In this document: piece after piece, positions 28,801-33,565 of the stretch | Position numbering within the stretch: the first letter of the stretch is position 1 | Layout of the letters: each line of letters starts with the position of its first letter | Assembly: GCA_000934665.2 (NCBI GenBank) | Contig: KZ538232.1 | Span: 62,001 to 95,565, forward strand | Reading direction: 5' to 3' | DNA length: 33,565 bases | From: Catajapyx aquilonaris | Lineage: Eukaryota | Notes under the pieces: generated by a model | Seen by the model: the letters and a program-made list of their open reading frames with translations, nothing else | The model's database searches: none | What the model was told of the DNA's origin: nothing | Position numbers and translations under genes: made by a program

Positions 28801-30377
28801 CAAATCCTGCAAATTTCATGAAATTCCTAGATAGTGAAATTTTCTTCATACCCATCTTAACCCACTTCTACATGTCAAATGTCGCAGGATAGTGCACTGA
28901 ATGATGGTGATAATGTAATCATCACCATCGTCATTAATATTAACCTTACTGTTTATGTGCAGATTCTCGTCGATGAATTTGTGGCAGACACTCGCCGAGA
29001 GAAGGAACAGATAGAAGAGAATATAGAGCGCATGGGCCAGGCCATTACAAGATTGGAACGTGAACTTGGGCTGGAGAACTTTGAGCCGCTTGGGTTAACC
29101 TTGCTGGAGCTGCAGGATGAATTGCAGCATTACCAGGGTGTACTGCATGAAAAGAGGAAGAAGCTGCAGGTATCACATTTTGTCCTGTTTTGGATAAGTG
29201 TTGTGAAGTTAGAGAATGGTGATCCTGTTAATTCGGTATAAATTCTTACGAATTCATTAATTTAGATTACCACAATTTACTGCAAAGAGAAAACTGGACA
29301 CAGGCAAAGTTGTAAACTATTATCAAGCTAGATAGCCATTAAAACCATAAAAAATGGCAACCTCAAGTTCAGGTTAGAAAAATTATTTTCAATGCCATAA
29401 GAGACAGTTTATGTATCATCTTGAAAGCAGATAAAAATGGTAGTGATGAAATTTTAAAAATGAGCATTTAATGACTGCAATAGCATGCCAGTACAGTACC
29501 CTGCATTAATGGCTATGCACAGACATCGCCACCTGGCGGGATTGAGCGGAACTAGGCGTTGGTGGGCTGTGTCCAAAATACTTTGATCTCAAGCACGGTC
29601 GTATAAGGAGAGGTCGGGAAACTCCCAGCCATCTTGCGTTCCGTTACTCATTCCCGCCGTGGCGCTGACTGGAGGTGGCCATGATGTGACCTGGATCGTG
29701 AACATCTCACATATTGCGGCCATCTTGGTATACGCTATTGGTAGTAATCGGGAGGGGGATCGCTGATAAACCTAGTAATCGGGAGGAGGGTTATGGCGAA
29801 TGGAGTTGTTATGGCGAATGAACGACACGCACAGCGAGATTCCATTGTTTTTACTAGCTCCGCTGCGGGAAGGAATAACGGATCGGCCTTTTCTATTGCG
29901 CTGGGATAGAAGTTTCCAGGGGCTGATCTCAAGACTGCTCACGAGACCGCTCTAGACGGCTCAAGATATCGCGGTGGATTAACAGGCATTCGCGTGGTCC
30001 ATGTAATAACTGGTTCACAACCTCAATACATTGATAGGAATCGCAATGGCCTTATAATTCATCCCACAGATATATCTGTGATCCGCTGTGATCCATCTTT
30101 GTAGCAAGAGTTTGAATGCACCGCAGTATCTTGGGCTGTCTAGATAGCACTGCACTGCATTCTAGATAGCACTGCACTGGCTGGTCAGCCCTTAACACCC
30201 CTTTAAAAGTATCTTGGGCTGTCCCAAGTATTTTGGACACAGCCCACGGATGCCTAATTCCACTCGTTCTCGGACAGGTGGTGATGCATGTGCATAGCCG
30301 TTAATGCAGGGCACTGTACAGAGGAGAGTTTGGAGTGCCTAAATATGCAAAAACATACATGGAATGGAAATTATTAC

Positions 30378-30444
<67 letters not shown>

Positions 30445-33198
30445 GGGCTGGCATTCAGATAAGACAATAGGTGGGATCTGCTGTAAGAGGCTGCTTGAGC
30501 AGGACTCTTAGAGCTCGTCCTCACTAGGTGCCATCTCTACTGGTGCTGCTGAATTTGTCCATGCTATATGGAAAGGTCTGCACTTACACATCCAAGTTGT
30601 TGAAAAGCAATCAATTTCCAAATCAAGTGCCATATGACAGTTTTTTAGACAGTGATGAACTCCATTGTTCACCACTGAATTTTGGATGATAACCAGATTC
30701 CTCTCCTTTGTGTGTAAAATTTATACAACACAAAATATGTTGTCATTGCAGCCACATCTTGCATTATAAATTGCTTATTGGCTGGGTGTTCACATATTTG
30801 TAGAATGATACCGATGGTTTTTCTTTGCTTTGTAGGAAGAATCAGACGCTCTGCAAAAGGAGGAGTCCTTTTTGAATGCTCGCCTCTCTGGAGAGAACCA
30901 CACTTGGATCCCGACCAGGACAACAGCATACCCCCTAAAGACAGGGCGTGAGTTGGCTGCCCTTCGTGAGAGGGTGACTGCCCTCCATGCAGAAGAAGCT
31001 GCTAGGCTACTGGAGCTGAGAGCCCTTAGGGAAGCCATCTTAACAGCATTGAAGGCCCTGGAACGTAACGCACAGCAACCTTTGGAGCATGACATGGCTC
31101 GAGAAGCAGAAGACTCGTTGCCCTTAGCCACGAGTTATCTTGCTCAGCTCAGGGATGTTAAGGTAAGTCTAACAAATCTGTGTTATTTTGATAATGGGAA
31201 TTCTGTTAGGTACTGTGGCAGACAGAATGTTTTATTTATGGTAGTTTATAATGTATGGTTATTTAATGATGATATCCAGCAAGGAGTATCTGGATGGATA
31301 AAATTGATATTTGGCATGTTGAGTCTGATCTGTCACGAAACACCCTTTAGCCCAGTCAAGATAGGTTTTAACCAGGAAATTTTAGATAGAAAGCTAATTT
31401 TTGGTACTGTTGTCCTTCATGATGTTCTCAAACAGTGCGTAAAAGTTCCGGGGTGTCCGATGCTTGCTTCATCCGGGACAATGCAAAAAGTACCTGTGTG
31501 ACACTAGTCCAGGAGATACAAAAAAAAATACCCCATACCCCCAGAAAAACTGCAATGGAAATGAACTTTTCACCATTTGTTCAGAAAAATGTGGAAAACT
31601 ACATATCCAAATTCCACAGCGATTGGGGGGGGGGGGGGGGNAGGGGGGGGGGGGGGGGGGGGGGGGCGCAGAAATGCAGAGGTACAGTAAAACTTCTATA
31701 AGTCGAAAAAAATTATGAGCTTGGTTGGTCACAATGTAAAATAATAATAGGAAATAAACTTCCCTAACTCGAAGTGCAGGCAGGGCCTTACGATAGGATA
31801 TCAATGCATTTTCAGTCTCCCTAATAAGTCGAAGTTCATGTTGGCGAGTATGGAAAATTTTCTCATTTCCCAGCCGAAGGGTCGAGAGTAGGCCACATGT
31901 ACAGAAAGGCTCAATTTCCTGATCGCCGTCTACCAGGCATACCAAAAGAAGTGTTTGACTCAATTGTGACAATTGAATCCTTGAATGTAAGAGTGGGCAA
32001 ATGTCCAAAACGGAGATTTCTTTTGCAACAAAGCAACGAGGAACCTTGTAAGTGTGATAGTGACAGTTATTTTTAAGTTTTGAACACCTTTCGTAGGTAG
32101 ACTTTCCTATAGTGTTATGTGCTTTAAAAAATTCCAAACTTCTCTAACTCGAATCTTCTATAACTCGAGGTTTTTTTCCGGTCCCATGGAGATTCGACAT
32201 AGAAGTTTTACTGCATTCTTAAATTAGTCTGAACTCGCAATTGCACAGTAATTGAAATGGTTTGTTATACTGTGGTAATAAGTGTAGATTGACCTAACCG
32301 GCTATTACAGGTCAAGCTGGAACAAGAACAAGAGGAAAACAGGCGGCAAGTGGGCATTCTTTGGACCAAGCTGGAACGAATGTGGAGCCGACTTGGTCAG
32401 GAGCCACCATTGAAGCAAGAGGAAGTTGGTAATGGTCCGGCTGCCATTGGGCACTTGAAGCATGAGGTTGAGGTCGTCCAGCAGCAGGTCAATGCCCGTC
32501 TGGCCGATTTGCTCGAGAGTTGTTTAGATGAAATGAATCATCTGGCCAATGAGGCTTGCCTTGGAGATGAGCACCGACCCTCATTCTTAGGTCGAAATGA
32601 GCCAACTCCCTCTGAGGGCTTACTGGCTGAATATGAAGCACAAGTGACTCATCTGAGAACATATTTGGAGGAATCGGCTCCCATTCGTGCCCTTATATGT
32701 CGCCATGAGGCTGCCTTCAACCGAGCAAGCCAACTTGAAGAGAGTGCTGCAGATCCTCAACGACTGTTTCAGAACCGCCGTGGTGAGCTCCTGGCTGAAG
32801 AAAAAGAGAGGAAGCGAATCCAGAAGGAAGTGCCCAAGTTGAGGGCTGAATTAGAGTCTGCCCTTAAGAAATGGGAGGCGGCGAAAGGGGAGCCACTGAA
32901 GATCTGGGGGGAAGATGCTTCCATGGCATTAGATTTGATGTACCGAAAGTTAGAGGAGGGAAAGGAGAACCGGAAGAGGGAGAGGCAGGTGGCTAGGCAG
33001 AGGCAGCTGGAGCAGGAGTCAAGGATGGGAACCACTAAGAATGGTGGGGTTGGAGGTACCACTATCTTGACGCCAGGTGTGAAGAGGGCTGCACAGGGAG
33101 CACCTTGGACTCCCCAGCAGGTCAAGAGGAGCAGGGCTGATGTGACCACCAAGGCACCCATATTGCAGCCTCCAGTAGGTTCTTTTCATCAATGTTAG
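25778..33198 (+). CDS. PRC1: Protein regulator of cytokinesis 1 / fascetto-like (MAP65/Ase1 family), whole-gene span, ~513 aa if the stop at 33196-33198 is used
   Basis: Exons 25778-25897, 28963-29169, 30836-31162 and 32311-33198 join in phase 0. Motifs EIWSSVGYP, LTLLELQDEL and AADPQRLFQNRRGELLAEEKERKRIQKEVPKLRAELESALKKWE match PRC1 (ASDPNRFTNRGGNLLKEEKQRAKLQKMLPKL). Confidence 0.9.
25944..26818. mobile_element. piggyBac-like non-autonomous element (MITE), copy 1, with nested insertion
   Basis: TTAA|CCCTTAACTACGTAGGTGG ... CCACCTACGTAGTTAAGGG|TTAA; duplicated subterminal repeat at the right end; collinear with copy 2 except for a ~400-bp insert. Confidence 0.92.
26145..26543. mobile_element. 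Inverted-repeat element nested in piggyBac-like copy 1 (boundaries approximate)
   Basis: GTGTTTTTGGTCCCTCTCCAGGAAGATGGAGAGG pairs imperfectly with CCTCTCCAACTTTCTGGAGAGGCACCAAAAACGC; the segment is absent from copy 2. Confidence 0.7.
27158..27617. mobile_element. piggyBac-like MITE, copy 2 (460 bp)
   Basis: TTAA TSDs at 27154-27157 and 27618-27621; same TIRs and same orientation as copy 1. Confidence 0.92.
27949..28239 (+). mobile_element. tRNA-derived SINE with a Deu/Nin-domain-like core
   Basis: A box TGGACTGGTGG; B box GGTTCGAACCC; core CCTTTGGAGGGGAAGTGAAGCCGTCGGTCCC...GCACGTTAAAG; (TTTA)n tail; 9-bp TSD AATAGTTAT (27940-27948, 28240-28248). Confidence 0.85.
28403..28771 (+). mobile_element. 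tRNA-derived SINE, third family
   Basis: A box TGGCCGTGATGG; B box GGTTCGATTCC (28460-28470); (AAAT)n tail; perfect 17-bp TSD AGTATGTAGAAGGAGGA (28386-28402, 28772-28788). Confidence 0.9.
28963..29169 (+). CDS. PRC1: PRC1/feo exon 2
   Basis: GTGCAG|ILVDEFVADTRREKEQIEENIERMGQAITRLERELGLENFEPLGLTLLELQDELQHYQGVLHEKRKKLQ|GTATCA. Confidence 0.9.
29494..30316. mobile_element. Tc1/mariner-like non-autonomous element (823 bp, ~95-bp imperfect TIRs)
   Basis: TA|CAGTACCCTGCATTAATGGCTATGCACA...GTGGGCTGTGTCCAAAATACT and AGTATTTTGGACACAGCCCAC...TGTGCATAGCCGTTAATGCAGGGCACTG|TA. Confidence 0.85.
30370..30443. repeat. (TAT)n microsatellite
   Basis: About 24 units; source of the spurious poly-Y and poly-I ORFs. 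Confidence 0.95.
30836..31162 (+). CDS. PRC1: PRC1/feo exon 3
   Basis: TTTCTTTGCTTTGTAG|EESDALQKEESFLNARL...LREAILTALKALERNAQQPLEHDMAREAEDSLPLATSYLAQLRDVK|GTAAGT. Confidence 0.88.
31685..32213. mobile_element. pogo/Tigger-like MITE
   Basis: TA|CAGTAAAACTTCTATAAGTCGAA ... TTCGACATAGAAGTTTTACTG|CA; subterminal TAACTCGA repeats. Confidence 0.8.
32311..33198 (+). CDS. PRC1: PRC1/feo exon 4 (rod end, spectrin-fold microtubule-binding domain, basic tail); may instead end at the donor 33174/33175
   Basis: TTACAG|VKLEQEQEENRRQVGILWTKLERMWSRLG...DPQRLFQNRRGELLAEEKER...TPGVKR...TPQQVKRSR. Possible donor CCA|GTAGGT shortly before the stop. Confidence 0.88.
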   Translation, partial: VKLEQEQEENRRQVGILWTKLERMWSRLGQEPPLKQEEVGNGPAAIGHLKHEVEVVQQQVNARLADLLESCLDEMNHLANEACLGDEHRPSFLGRNEPTPSEGLLAEYEAQVTHLRTYLEESAPIRALICRHEAAFNRASQLEESAADPQRLFQNRRGELLAEEKERKRIQKEVPKLRAELESALKKWEAAKGEPLKIWGEDASMALDLMYRKLEEGKENRKRERQVARQRQLEQESRMGTTKNGGVGGTTILTPGVKRAAQGAPWTPQQVKRSRADVTTKAPILQPPVGSFHQC

Positions 33199-33565
33199 GG
33201 GTCCAAAGCATGGGGTTTTTAAAAGGGTTAGTACACTGCCCATTTGATGGCGTCTGGCATGGTGCTTTTTTATTTGCTCATAGTTGTAAAAGCTTGTTGG
33301 TCCTTTTCCGAAATGCCAGGTACTGCGAGCGAAGGAAGATTTTTTGGGAGGGGAAATGTGCAGGTGCAGATGCGAGGGGAATGGCGTTTTGTGGAGTCCC
33401 CTGCGTGTTAATCGAGCGGAGATCCACCCGAGGCTAAGCCAGAGACAACGAAATATGGATATTTAGTCTTAAGGTGGTCGGCAACCCCTTTGCAGCGCCG
33501 CTACCAGGCAACAGAGGGCGGGCACTTCCCTATGTATTTCTTATGGTACGGCTCTGGATACTTCC

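Noticed and set aside
30288..30524. Poly-Tyr and poly-Ile ORFs
   Set aside because: Translations of a (TAT)n microsatellite.
31625..31666. Poly-G/poly-C tracts (also 9474-9579, 10928-10944, 12122-12139) as functional G-quadruplex elements
   Set aside because: Two of them coincide with Ns, so length and sequence are unreliable; they cannot be distinguished from simple homopolymers or sequencing artefacts.
31469..32137. 222-aa minus-strand ORF as a possible transposase
   Set aside because: No HTH or DDE motifs; it runs through a poly-G tract with an N and across the MITE boundary.
32769..33161. Antisense ORFs over PRC1 and fus exons (also 14035-14352, 30790-31131)
   Set aside because: Shadow frames of genuine + strand coding exons.

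Overview
Eukaryotic (animal, most likely arthropod) genomic DNA with three intron-containing genes, all on the + strand. (1) The last two coding exons of a probable fatty acyl-CoA reductase (<1..561). (2) A complete fusilli/ESRP splicing-regulator gene (2749..22920) encoding a DnaQ-like N-terminus and three qRRMs. It has a U12-type minor intron (7356..7490) and a GC-AG intron (14459..16265). An internal 5' splice site at 17850/17851 switches between a read-through C-terminus with a class-3 NLS (KRSWDQAF) and distal exons with (LTP)5, YPSPPxSP and a degenerate fourth RRM. A tight UGCAUG/ACUAAC cluster lies upstream of the distal exons. (3) A PRC1/fascetto (MAP65/Ase1 family) gene from 25778 to about 33198. 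The introns hold three different TSD-flanked tRNA-derived SINEs, TTAA-flanked piggyBac-like MITEs, pogo/Tc1-like MITEs (two nested insertions in total) and perfect palindromes. Most ORFs in the supplied track are spurious. All homology calls come from recognising motifs by eye; no database search was run.
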